Shown: positions 38,096-50,512, counted from the whole stretch's first letter. The stretch is DNA of 63,182 nt, filler included, from Chiloscyllium plagiosum (GCF_004010195.1; 4 parts of one record of this genome joined end to end with filler, not necessarily neighbours in it), one strand, 5' to 3'. Translations and numbers: made by a program. The notes: generated by a model from the sequence alone, not told the origin.

Positions 38096-38724
38096 GTCAG
38101 ACTGATATTCAAACAGCCATTTAGGACTGGGGAATATCAATGGGAAAAGGTGCTTCAATCTTCTCTATTTTAAATTAAAGGTTAATCAGAAAACATCTAA
38201 TAGCTTGACTACTTTTACCAATTATAGGTCACCCTTAGGTAGCCTGGTATGTGTTTTGCACCATTTCCAGCTGACTAGATTTTAATAGGAACATAGCAAT
38301 TAGCTTCAGCATTCAAACAAATCAAAATTGAGCTGGTTGTGGTTGCAATTCCATCTTCCTGTCTGCAGCTATAAGCTTCAACCCCACTGCCTGTTGAATC
38401 GCTTTCTTGAATAAATTCAAGACCTTGCCTATATTGCTTTCAGTGGAAAAGAATTTCATATACAAAGATCCACAAAAAAAAAATCGCATCTCCCATTTCA
38501 TGGATGCTCCTTTAATTCTATGCCTTTTCTGAAATAGATTTCATCTGATGTCACTCCTTAATAATATTGGGCAAACCTAAATTGTGATCAAACAACAGTC
38601 AACAGAAAATAACTTAAAATTAACAAATTGATCATGGAAACATAGAAAATAGGTGCAGGACTGCCATTTGGCCCTTTGAGCCTCCACTACCATTCCGTAT
38701 GATCATAGCTGATCATACAATTAG

Positions 38725-39187
38725 CAAGTTTTGAGAAGATGCGTAGCTCAGATTGAGGTTCTGGATGTAGGTTTGCTCGCTGAGCTGCAAGGTTCAATTC
38801 CAGATGTTTCGTCACCCTACTCGGTAACATCTTCAGTGGGCCTCCGGCAAAGCACTATTGATAATTCCTGCTTTCTATTTATATGTTTGGGTTTCTTCGG
38901 GTTCGTGATGTCATTTCCTGTTTTCTCAAGGGGTGGAAGATGGGGTCTAACTCGATGTGTTTGTTGATAGCGTTTCGGTGAGAATGCCATGCTTCTAGGA
39001 ATTCTCATGCATGGCTCTGTTTGGCTTCTCCTAGAATGGATGTGTTGTCCCAGTCGAAGTGGTGTCTTTCCTCATCCGTATGTAAGATACTAGTGAGAGA
39101 GGGTCATGTCGTTTTGTGGGTAGTTGATGTTCATGTATTCTGGTGGCTAGTTTTCTGCTTGTTTGTCCCATGTAATGTTTGTTACAC
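38725..39187 (-). mobile_element. Penelope-like retroelement 3' end (GIY-YIG endonuclease C-terminus, 3' UTR, hammerhead), inserted in a CR1 tail (~38630-39420)
   Basis: Minus-strand translation CNKHYMGQTSRKLATRIHEHQL...HFDWDNTSILG...EFLEAWHS..AINKHIELDP, with lesions. Confidence 0.9.
38800..38839 (-). ncRNA. Minimal hammerhead ribozyme motif in the Penelope 3' UTR
   Basis: CCA-CTGAAGA-T-GTTACC/GAGTAG/GGTGAC-GAAAC-ATC-TGG. Confidence 0.72.
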
Positions 39188-41305
39188 AGAGATCATAATC
39201 TCAGAATCCCATTCCTGCCCTCCCCCAAAACCCCTTCATCCCTTTCGCTGCAAGGGCCACATTCAGCTTCCATTTGAATGTATTTCATGAACTGGCCCCA
39301 ATACCTTCCTGTGGCAAAGAGTTCCACACGTTCACTAATGCTCTCAGTGAAGAAATTCTCTCTCATCTCAGTCCTGAATGGCTTACCCCTTAGACTGTCA
39401 CTCCTGGTCCGGTGGAAAAATGAAAACTTTTCAATAAGTTCAAGATTGCTATCTCCAATGCTCATCCAATTATGGTTTTGACCAATGCACACCCTGTTAA
39501 AACAATTTACAGCTTACAGTTTACTAGCTTACGTGTATCAACTGGTGAGTGAATGACTTTAAGCCAAACAATTTTCAATGGGCTCAAGAGCAAACTGATG
39601 TTATTGTGCTAATAATACATTATTTTAACAGATTCAATAATTCACATCCTGGATTGAGGCTATTAGTAATTAGCAAAAATAAATAAAATTTTAAAAACAA
39701 ATATTGCAATAAAATGCCAGAAATCAATTAGGAATTTTATGCACACGTCACTGGAAAACCAAGAAGAAACAGAATGCTTACCAACTTACAATCTCATAGT
39801 CAGCTAATTGACGAATTTTGCTAAATTATTTTTGTGTCACTTTGTGGCTCAGACTACAATTGAATCAGATGTTGCACCACAAGACACCACACAGTTCAAG
39901 AGCCAACCAGGCACACAAGTAATCTGAATTTTTCAAGGATTGGTAGTATATACATTTGGTGGTCATTCCAGAAATGATTCCAAATAATTGCACCACTGTA
40001 TGAATTTACTAATTTGCTTGGATTCTCATGATCCAACATCCAAAACCGGACTGCCACAAAACAGGAGCCCTTAAACAGAAAGCCATGCTTAAGTGTGAAA
40101 CCATTAGTGGGTTACTGTTTCCAAAGACATCGAGTGCATTGCTACATTAGGTTCTTACGCTACAGCACTAGCCCCACTTCATCAAAAATATGGTCATTTC
40201 AGTAATAGGAAGTTTATTCAACCGGCATGACAATTCTAAGGACCATACAGGACTATCATTTCAGTATGATTTGTAACCATCTAGCCTTGAAATTGTTCAT
40301 TCATCATTTATCTCTGAAGATTTTATGATTTATTTTCTACTTCTAATGACAATATATAATTGACTTTGAGGCATCAATGGATTCTTTTAAAAGATCTTGC
40401 AGAAATCTAGATTTAGAGGAGGCAGTATTTTGGTCTTATTAATATCCATACACTAAGCAAAAGGATTCAAAGCGCAGTGCAGAACAGAACCAAAAAATAC
40501 ATTTTAAAAAAAGACAAATGCTAGCTCTCGAGGGAAAGATATAGTTAATTTTAAGAAAATTTTAAGACTGGATTCTAAAATCAACACTCTTCAATGAACT
40601 ACAAAATCTTTACGCATTACATTTTCTCAATTAAGATATTGTTTGTTTTCACTGAAAACAAAAATCACATTAGCATTCAATTAAATAAATTGAAACATTT
40701 TACCTTACAGCACAACTTCAGGTCAAAGTGGTGTTGAATATAAATCTTACATCACAAAGGTAGGATTTACGCATGCAATCCCCACATTGCACCTAGACCC
40801 TGCTGAGAGTTGAGAGGGGGGAGGCACAGAAAGATAGTAAAACAGGTTTTAGACAACCTGCTATCACATAACCTGCTAACACAGTGAACAGGGTGCTGAG
40901 TAACCCAGAGGAACCAAGATCAATAAGAAGGGGAGAGTTCTGAGATGTTGACAATGATAATGGTTAACTTGGATTTTGATACTGGCATCTTCCAATCCAG
41001 TTTAACTTGCAGCACAGATCATGAGTTCTGTATTCCAAACTTGTGTTTCACAGCAATCATTTTAGTAATATTCTCTATAAGAGGAATAAGCTTAAGAGCC
41101 CCAATTCCATTTTTAAAAAGCTTGTCTCAAACTCTCACTCAGTTTGTTTTATTTCAAATCAAGGGAACAATATATTCTGAAAATAACAATGCTCCACTTC
41201 TTGAATTATACCAAGTTTCTGATTTTTTTTGTCCACCTCTGAACATTCTGGTGCTGTAAAGTAATTAAAGACAAGACAGATCCTTCTACAGTTCAATGCA
41301 GTAGT

Positions 41306-41311
41306 TTTATT
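41306..41311 (-). promoter_or_regulatory. Candidate ZNF318 polyadenylation signal (AATAAA)
   Basis: AATAAA on the minus strand ~1.07 kb after the stop, followed ~30 nt later by a GU/U-rich stretch (tctgtcttgtcttt). Confidence 0.5.
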
Positions 41312-42382
41312 TATAAGGTTTCAACATAGCAATTATGCAAATACATGTCATCCAAGCAATTTGCAATTACAATGCATCAAGTTCACAGGATTTCTTTTTA
41401 AACATTGCTGTTCAGAACAGAATTGTACAGAAATTGTCAGTACAATGATACTGTGATTGTGTGTTCTGGCAGAGGGGAAATGAGTTCAGTATCTTCTTTT
41501 GTTGGATCCTGTTTCATCATTCCTGCATTGCTCTAAATGCTGCAATAGAGGAAAGTTACTGCATCACAGCAAAATTACAAAGCAAAGCATTTACAAAAAA
41601 TTGAAAATCACAATTTTGGTCCATGCTCTTAACCTGTCTTACCAATTCACTTCCCACTCCGAAGAAAAGATAGACTTGTGATTCAGGGGAGACAACGCTG
41701 CAGAATTGTGAAACAAGGGAAACAGCAGACACACAGATTTGACTACACTGTTTAATGTACAACATTAGAAATAGAACAGAAAGAACTATAAACTATTTTT
41801 AAAAAATATCCTTTCCCATCCATTCAAATACCCTAAGTGACCAGATGATTTCTCCTGGCCACGATACTAATGGCAACCAATTACAGAAGAGCAATATGCT
41901 TTAAAAAAAAGGAAACTATAGTCCTTCACCTAGTTAACAAGTGTTGCAACACAAAGCCTTCTGTCTTCTTCAGCAGCCTAAGCCACTACTTGGAAACATC
42001 CCCACACTTAATTAAACATCGTTCTTTTTTAAGTGGAATGCCTGCGTCCTGGGTGCCCGTTACAACATAATGCAGCACCATGCAAAATGAAAAAAAATTT
42101 ATAATTCTACACAGCACTTGCAAAGTGATTGAAATCTTTGCTGGAACTTTACAGCATGCATACCTAAAAATAGCCACCCCTCCTTCCCACCAAAGAAAAA
42201 AAAAATCACAATTTCTTTCCAAAAAAGTCAGAGATGCAGACAGGAATAGGATACAAAGTTCAGGACCTAGTCTGCAGATCAGAAAAGAACAATGAGTTGT
42301 GTGCTCCACTATTTGTTACTGAATATGATATCCATCCTGCCGTGTAGATGTTTTGCTCTTCTGTCAGAATGATTTTACAACC

Positions 42383-45300
42383 TTATTTTGTTGACCGAAG
42401 ATTCCTTGCACTTCTGCGACGTGGCTGCTTGGCCTGAACATTTACAGACTCATCCGATTCACGCTTTTCATTTGTTTTAGCAGTGGTCTGTGAGGACATG
42501 GCAGCCTTTCCAACTTGTGCTGCTCGTCTGGAGGATGTACGTGAACTGCCACTGCTCTTGCATTCCTCTCTAGTGTCTGTTTTGCCACTGCCAACAACTT
42601 TTGTTAATTGACAGACACTTGATTTACTTTCCTTCTGTGCCATGTCTGATGTATTCCTTTCAGCACTTTGAAGCTGTGGAGACTGCTTTAGGGCTTCTGC
42701 TACACTTGTTGCTATTTTAACATTTGAGGTGCTAATCTGACTGTCACTATGCCTGGTCTGATTTGAAATATCAACTTTTTCACATTCAGACAGATCCTCA
42801 GGTTCACGAAAACTGCTACCATGATCTTGCAGCTGTGTGACTGCAACATTTACCTCTCTATTTTCATGCTGCTTAGTCTGTTGTGAACTGTTCATTTCTC
42901 TACATGACTCTGTAGGTTTAGGAATACCCTGCTGAGTACCAAATTGCTCAGCCTGTAGTAAAGCACTCGCATCTATATCCTGCTTCTCCTTACAACAGGC
43001 GCTTAACTCACTCTTGAAAAGTTTAATTTGTAATGTGTCTGACAACTCTTTTTCTTCCCGATTTGAGATCGGACCACCTTTCACATGGTTATCACACAGA
43101 TCAGACTGCAGCAAATTGCTCATTTCATTATTTCCAATTTGACCCATTTTACCGCCACCTGTTTCTTCACACCTCGCTGGCTCAACTGCACTAAACTGCT
43201 GCTGTTCCATAATACCGACTAATATGGAGGTATTTATTTCTACATCTCTCACTTCATTCACCGGACTGATGATGCTGAAACCAACATCATACTGTTCTGT
43301 GGTATTATCAGATATGAAAGCATCCACTTTTATATCCTTAACCTCATCTACTTGTTCAGAGACGATTATGTCAGTATCATACTGGTGAACATCTAATTGC
43401 ACATCCTTAACCTCATGTATTGGTTCAGATACATTTAAGTCAGAATCACAATGGTGGACATCCACTTGCACATCTTCAATTTCATCAACTGGTTCAGACA
43501 CGTTTACATCAGCATCATACTGGTGAACATCTACTTGTACATCTTTAACCTCATCAACTGGTTCAGACATGGTTACACCAGTATCATACTGATGAACATC
43601 TACTTGCACATCTTTAACTTCATCTAGTGGTTCAGAGACTTTCAAGTCAGTATCACACTGTGCTGGCTGATTTGCATTGTTGTGTAAGGCATGGCTATCC
43701 AGTTCCATATCTCTATTCGATTTTGGAGCATTACACACTTCCAGATGACGTTCTGCAATACTAGCTAATTCATGGATTTGCTCTTGAAACTGTTCAGTCA
43801 GATTCACAACATTATCTAGTCTGTAAGTATTATCAACATCTCCTCCAATTGCAAGTGCACTGTGTACACTCCTGTCCCCTGCACCAGTAAATACAGAACT
43901 AACTATTGCGATGTCATTCATCTTAAGTGCACATGAACTAATCAAATCATGACACTGTTGAGGCTGTTCTGAAACATTTGATACAACAGCATCAATTTCC
44001 ACATCCTTAGCTTGTTCAACTGTGTTGGAGATGTCAGATTGTTGAGACTGTTCAGCATCATCTAATATAGAGATTTGCAATTCTACATCCTGAGGTACCT
44101 TGCCTGAATTGATGCCTACGTGATCATCCTGCGGGGGATGTTCTTCAGTGCAGTCTGAGACCAGGGCATTCATTTCTTCACCTTCTAGTTTTTCTGATGG
44201 CAACTTGGATATTTCTAATTTAGCAACCTCATCTGATTGTTCTGCAGTGTTAATCATTACTTTTCCAGCTGAGGTTTTGCGGTGACCAGTCACTTTGCTC
44301 GCTTTATTTTGCAATTCTGTTGTAGATGTGCTGAAATCATAATCTTCACGTGGCCTCATGGCTTGTGGACCAGATATTCCCCTCCTTTCAACATGTTCAT
44401 CTGTTTCAATTTCACTGCTCTTACCCTCAGTGGTAGGTTTGGGAACAGCTGTGGTAGCATTTTCAGAGCATATTAGTTCTTCAAGTTTTCCATCCTTATT
44501 TTTGACTTGTCCTGCTATGGATTTCAGAGTACCTGACACCAATCTGGCACTTTGAGCACTGTTACCAAGTTTGTCAACTGGTGTCTTTCCAGAGCTACTG
44601 TAGTAAATACCGTACAAATCTTTAGCATTAGCAGCAGCCAGACAGGTTTTGGGTTTCTCTGATTTCTTACTTGAGTCAGTGAGGGACATAGCTGGTGGTG
44701 GAGGTGGGCGGACTGGAACAGCCAATATGGTTTGCTCACCTTCAGACACTCCAGGGGCAGGTTCTTCAGCCAAATGATCAGGTTCTTTATGTACATCCAG
44801 AATGCTTCCTTTCAAAGTCACTTCTTCTCCACCAAAAGCCCTGGAGATCACATCAGGAGCTAACAACACTCCAGCTTTAACTACAGGTAGTGGTTTGTTG
44901 GAAGCCCCTGAAGATCGAATGGAGAGAAATGTATCCAAAGGTGCTGGTTTATTTACAGATGACCCACTAGCCTTCCTCAGTGGTACGTTAGCCACAGGAA
45001 GATTGGGACGGATTTTTGCCTGTGTAGTTGTACTTACTGAAGTGAATGGTACCCAAGGGCTGGTATGAGCTATAAGAGTCTTGCCAGACAATTTAATTTC
45101 AATAAGCTTGGAAGTAGATTTTCCAGCCTGCCCCTTACCATCATCTTTCTCTTTGCTGCCCTCAACACTTTCCTCCTTTATTCCTACTGTGCTGATTTTT
45201 TCCTCCTCTTTCTCAGGCTTTTTCCAGCTGAATTTCCCAAAGGGTGAGCCTTGTTCCTCATCTTTCTTATCTTCAACTTCATCCTTTTTCAGCATCAGTT

Positions 45301-45589
45301 TTATACCTGGCTTGATACTGAGGTCTATTTTGTGGGAGGACGAACGGTCACTTCTTTCTTCTTCCAGCTCAGTGACATTCGCACCCTCCTCTTTAGCCAG
45401 TCTGATTAATTTCGCCTTCCTCTCATCACTCTCTTCCAGCCTTTTCCGTTTCTGAATCTCTTTCTCTTCATCTAATTTCCTCTTCAGACCTGCCTGACGC
45501 CGGCGCTCTGTCTCAGTAATCACAACTAAGCCAGCCTGGCGATCTAGGTTTCTCCTTTGTTCGTATACAGGATTCTCATTTAAGTATCC
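42383..45589 (-). CDS. ZNF318: ZNF318 terminal coding exon (3207 nt including stop)
   Basis: tctttttacag|GGA acceptor; begins GYLNENPVYEQRRNLDRQAGL; contains FGKFSWKK, IEIKLSGKT and AANAKDLYGIYY motifs; extends the 1046-aa ORF 42383..45523 to its TAA. Confidence 0.95.
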   Translation of the reverse strand, partial: GYLNENPVYEQRRNLDRQAGLVVITETERRRQAGLKRKLDEEKEIQKRKRLEESDERKAKLIRLAKEEGANVTELEEERSDRSSSHKIDLSIKPGIKLMLKKDEVEDKKDEEQGSPFGKFSWKKPEKEEEKISTVGIKEESVEGSKEKDDGKGQAGKSTSKLIEIKLSGKTLIAHTSPWVPFTSVSTTTQAKIRPNLPVANVPLRKASGSSVNKPAPLDTFLSIRSSGASNKPLPVVKAGVLLAPDVISRAFGGEEVTLKGSILDVHKEPDHLAEEPAPGVSEGEQTILAVPVRPPPPPAMSLTDSSKKSEKPKTCLAAANAKDLYGIYYSSSGKTPVDKLGNSAQSARLVSGTLKSIAGQVKNKDGKLEELICSENATTAVPKPTTEGKSSEIETDEHVERRGISGPQAMRPREDYDFSTSTTELQNKASKVTGHRKTSAGKVMINTAEQSDEVAKLEISKLPSEKLEGEEMNALVSDCTEEHPPQDDHVGINSGKVPQDVELQISILDDAEQSQQSDISNTVEQAKDVEIDAVVSNVSEQPQQCHDLISSCALKMNDIAIVSSVFTGAGDRSVHSALAIGGDVDNTYRLDNVVNLTEQFQEQIHELASIAERHLEVCNAPKSNRDMELDSHALHNNANQPAQCDTDLKVSEPLDEVKDVQVDVHQYDTGVTMSEPVDEVKDVQVDVHQYDADVNVSEPVDEIEDVQVDVHHCDSDLNVSEPIHEVKDVQLDVHQYDTDIIVSEQVDEVKDIKVDAFISDNTTEQYDVGFSIISPVNEVRDVEINTSILVGIMEQQQFSAVEPARCEETGGGKMGQIGNNEMSNLLQSDLCDNHVKGGPISNREEKELSDTLQIKLFKSELSACCKEKQDIDASALLQAEQFGTQQGIPKPTESCREMNSSQQTKQHENREVNVAVTQLQDHGSSFREPEDLSECEKVDISNQTRHSDSQISTSNVKIATSVAEALKQSPQLQSAERNTSDMAQKESKSSVCQLTKVVGSGKTDTREECKSSGSSRTSSRRAAQVGKAAMSSQTTAKTNEKRESDESVNVQAKQPRRRSARNLRSTK
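43316..43660 (-). repeat. Coding tandem repeat, 69 bp / 23 aa x ~5 (QYD.D..VSEPVDEVKDVQVDVH) in the ZNF318 last exon
   Basis: Direct translation; unit starts at 43660 and 43384 are exactly 4 x 69 nt apart. Confidence 0.9.
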
Positions 45590-48023
45590 CTGTAAAAAGA
45601 AAATCCAGTTACTCTAAGAAAATACACACCATCTACAGTTTTAAACAAAGAAAAGGTTACTTACTTCTCAATAACCAACACTTAAAAACTCAATAAAACG
45701 TCAGCTGCTGTGTGCTTAATTCTTCTCCTTGCTTAAAGGAAATAAAATAGTTTATTGCTTTGGGATCTTTTAACACCTCGAAACCTAAAATTATTTTCCT
45801 GTTTATTGACCCTTGTTTATAAAACATTTGAACAACCTTTCTCCTTTCAAAGCACAAAACAAATGCATGAGAAAAAGATCAATAAAGTGAGGGGACAATG
45901 GTGGAAACAGGATATGAGTAATTAACCCATGAGAGGAACCCAGGAGAAGGCAGTTTTGAGTCAATTGCTTAGCACCATGGCCTCAGAACAATGTTAGGGA
46001 GGGAATTCTCAGATTTTAACAACTTGAAGAAACAGTGATATATTTTCCAAATCTCAAATATGCTAAGAGACTTCAAGTGATCATTTTCCCACATGTTTGT
46101 TCTCCTTATTCTTCGTCAATGATTTGGGAGGCACAGGCACACTATGGGAAATAAACTAAACAAGCAAGCCATAAAGCAGTCTGTATGGATAGATTTAGCA
46201 TAGATCTGTTTAAGGATGCAGATTCAGTAGCAGGACATCATGGCAGGAAGGATAACAGGCTCAACATGGAAAATGGGGAAAGTAGGGGAGGTTACATGAA
46301 GTAATGAAGAGGAAGGATACCGGAAACGTCTGAGAGTAGCTGAAAGATCAAGGACAATATTGGATAAGACAGGGCTAAATCAGGCCTTAAATCACTTTCA
46401 TTCTCTTTTCTTTCTCCTTTCAAACTTGGACACAATATGCCAAGCCACCCGTTCTTTCTAAACAAAAAATCTGCACTGTGGGAGGGTTCCAAGGGAATCA
46501 GCAGAAGACCACTCTTCATATCAGAATGTAGACATGAATGTTGGTTGGACCTCTTACAAGTAAAGGGGATGAACGGGAACCAAGTGTGAAAGAAACAACA
46601 CACGCAAGGCAAATGTAGCCCACAATAATTAAGATCTGAAACATGAGAAATACAGCACCGATTAAAACACGGAACTTCTTTGGTTGTGTAGATTAGTGTG
46701 ACACCATGAAGTGTTTTTAATCACTAAGCTGTTCTCAATAAACCAGGATAGGCCTGGTCTTTCTAGAGATCCAAGTGGTAACTATGCTGAATGGCATGGA
46801 AGATATGCAATTTAACCATTAATGTGCAAGGTTTCACGGTACAGATGTTTGTGTGTGTGCACAAGCATCTGTACACACATTTGTAGCATGAATAATTTTA
46901 TGTTACATGGGCAACACACTGCTGGTTCTTTGCAAAGAAGAACACAAACACAATTTACGAGACATTGTGCCTCAGAAATACCTACACTGAAATTAAACAT
47001 TTAATCAAAGAATGTACAATCTGATGCAACACACTTTGTCCAACAAACGACAGTATACAGGTATTCCTGAACTTCTGGTGGTAAACATTTGCAAAACCAG
47101 AAACCTCATCTAAACTATATCCCCTGATATAGCATCAGTTATTAAAATTTGGTATTTAACTGGGATGGTAGTAAAGCATCTGCTGTTCATTGGCGGGGTT
47201 GCTTCACATCATTTTATTTTGCAATGAATTACCACAGACCATCCATTTGTTTACGGTCCTTGGAAATGTACTAAATTAGATCACCACCAAAATTTTCATA
47301 TCACAGTAGAGCCAATAGAGAATATGAAAAAGCTTTGTGTTTAGACATGAGTGATGCAAGGTATTTGGGCATCTTGGGCTGTGATCAAGATATGTTTGTG
47401 CACAAGTTAGTCCACAAAGTCAAGACTGGTCAAATGTCTTTTGCTTCTCACTATCATACTAATTAGTAAAGAATACTCCACCGGATATAGTCAATTACTG
47501 AAACAACTCCAAACTCAAACCATTTTATATTAATGTCAGGCTCTAATGGTCAAAAACAGCAACAAAGCTGCTTTATCCAATCACCATGCATCTTGAACAC
47601 AAGTATTCAAATCTACTGTAATGCTTCAGAAATTATTTCCATTGATTAAAAATAAGGAGATGTGTGACAGAAAATGCAAGTGCTTGTCCTTCTTGCATCA
47701 AAACTGCAACACGATTTGCAAGAAACACGCAATTAAAAACAAACTTGCATTCTAAAATCTTTAACAACCTCAAGACAACCCAAATATCTTTAGTGCTGGT
47801 ATAATATTTGGGTGTGGTCACTGTTATCATGTCGGAATTAGAAGGTAGAAATGATAAAGACATAATTCTGTGCAAAAATGATGACAGTGCGTATATATCC
47901 TACACAGTATGTGGTGTGCGCTTTAGGAAGTTGGGACACAATTAGTGCACTAGTAACTCCGGTGCATTATGTTCCAGGTTGTTATCTCCATTCTGGAAAT
48001 GCTTTATAAGCTTTCTTCCTAAC

Positions 48024-48142
48024 CTTATATTTATCATTGTGACCACGTGATTTGACATGATCTTCAGCACAAATCTGATCCCCATAGAACTCCTCACAGA
48101 GCTGGCAGTAAAATCCAGTGACTGGCATCAAAAATTCTGAAC
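48024..48142 (-). CDS. ZNF318: ZNF318 coding exon with matrin-type zinc finger 2 (SEFLMPVTGFYCQLCEEFYGDQICAEDHVKSRGHNDKYK)
   Basis: GFYCQLC...H..S..H finger; ctcag|GT acceptor, AAG|gttagg donor; 119 nt, phase 1 to 0. Confidence 0.95.
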
Positions 48143-48915
48143 CTGAGACAAGGCAAAAGGTACACTGTCAGAAGACGAGATGAAACACAGGTGATTCATA
48201 TAATGAGTGTAACAAAAACACAGTGCCCATATTTTATTACAACAAACTATAATTTGACTTGATTTTAAGTTAGACGTATCTACAAAGTTACCACCCTACT
48301 TAAATCATTGCTGTTGATTGACAGTGACCTTTTACCAAACAGTTAGTCCATACCCTGTTGGCATTAATGGTTTAATGATATCACGGCTGAATGGAGCTTC
48401 AATGAAGAATGGGTTACTGGATCACTTGGACGGAGAATCTGAACCTAGTTCCCACTGGGAGATGTGCAGTTCTAAGTAGCTGTTCTGTAGACATCAATTT
48501 TCTCCCATCTAGCCTATAGAGTGCTGAAGTTCACTGCAGACAACTTTGCATCTGTTATTTCTAAAATACATGGTGGCTACACTCTCACTATTATCCAAAC
48601 TAATCTGCCTTAACAAGCAGATGAGATTTTCTCATCCACCAATGAATTTCTTAGAGAGAACTCCATGACAGCAGGAATTTTTGAACAGCAGCAGTAAGAG
48701 ATTAAAGGGAAATACTGCAGAGTTGTAGCAGGAATCTCCTTCCCCATTTGCCAAGTATAAGTAATTATCTCACTTCAGTGTGTGAAGGGCATGAAAGCTA
48801 ATGTACAAATAAGTAAATGAGTTCCAAACTGAGCTTAATTCTCTAAATTCTATTCCCTTAAAGCAGTTCCTATAACAAAATATTTAGGACTAAATAAAGC
48901 AAAATACAAACTCAC

Positions 48916-49015
48916 CTTTTGCTGGCATTGTTATTTTATCAGTTCGCTTGACAGAATCGTTTTTGTCTTCACTTGCCATCTTTGCAGACCATGGTCTATC
49001 ATAAGGATCCAGTGT
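48916..49015 (-). CDS. ZNF318: ZNF318 coding exon (TLDPYDRPWSAKMASEDKNDSVKRTDKITMPAK)
   Basis: TLDPY.RPW...KRTDKIT.PAK motif; tag|ACA acceptor, G|gtgag donor; 100 nt, phase 0 to 1. Confidence 0.93.
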
Positions 49016-50512
49016 CTAGTTGCATAGTGACAGAGGTACATGGTGGATTTCATTTGCACATTTAATTGATACGTACATTGATTTAGACAGAGTGCAGCAG
49101 GCACATACCAGGAAATACAATTAGTTGTTACAGTACAATAGCACATTACAGATGTTATTAAATGTTTTTGCTCACACTGTAGCTTATCAGTGCATGTAAC
49201 TTGCTGTGGAAAATATGAGAGAAAGATTAGCATGGAAAAGGTCAAATAAGTAACTTATTATTTTTCTGAACTGCTTTAAATAGAAGAAAGCTGTCTTATT
49301 GCATGAAGACATTTTCAAGATAGCACTGTGGGTTTCATATCACTTTTCATTTATTGCTTGTTCAGCATTAAATAAAGGAAAGATTTTCACTTGGTAACTT
49401 ATTTGGACAGAATTCTAGGATAAACTGGAAGCTGGCCTGCAATCTTTGAAAATCCACGAGAGGTGTTCACTGTACCAAGACATAGGGTGAAAGGATCAAG
49501 AGTGCAATTTGGCACTAGCCAGCTTTGCATACTGAATATTTGCGATTACATTTCTTAAGAGGCAAAGGGATACTACAATAATCTTCATAATCGCTCTACA
49601 GTTTATGCTGGGTTTAAGATTTTCTTAAGTGAAACAAATTCTCTTTATTGCATTTAAAACTAAATTTAAATGAGGTGCTTTCTTTTTTCTTCCCACTTCA
49701 ATGTGTTTCTCTCACGTTGAAACGTAAAATTCATTAAGTTGAACGTGAGTTTCAAAACATACTGGATAAAATTCAAGTTGAAAATCCATCACATTTGGGG
49801 AAAATGTAGACTGATTTTGTTTTAACAAATTTCCAGGATGTTCACAATTTTTCATTTAGTTTTATATTTGATTCTTCAGCTTTGAGCAGTTTCATGGATT
49901 GAAAAACCTCAAATTTTCCTCTTTTGCTATTTCTTCCTTGACATGTTATTTGATTTTTTTTTATTCCTGACTTTGGATTTCTCTTATTACCAAACCACAA
50001 TGATTGTATTTAAAATACAAGGCTTTCTTTGGTACTCAACTTTTCACATTACTTCACATATCGCAACCAAGTTGATCCTGGATCTTATTTTCCACCATAT
50101 ATATATCACAGTGCCACATCAACATGCTTATTATTCAATGCCATTCTTTTCGGCACCACATTTAAATTTTCAGACTTTATATGTTGAACTTCATTACACA
50201 TCTTTCCAAAGGCTCTTTAGTGAAACGATTTTAAGATTATATTCTTATCGATGTTGATTTTTCAATTTTAGTGCATAATATGGAATGTATTTGAATGGTT
50301 CAACTATTTTAACGTGACGGGTACTTCAGTTTTGATTCAAACAAACTCAAAACCTTTCTATTTCAAACTACTTTACTTTTATTTAATTTAATTCCAAACA
50401 AATGATAGCTCTTATCCATGATACAAATTTCACTGTTGGCAACATGCAGCGTGACTTTTCAAATCTATTTTGTGAAGCTGAAGTATCAGAGAACAGTGGT
50501 AAGTATACGCAC

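Noticed and set aside
43316..43660. CRISPR-like or non-coding array
   Set aside because: A contiguous 69-bp coding tandem repeat without unique spacers, in a eukaryotic exon.
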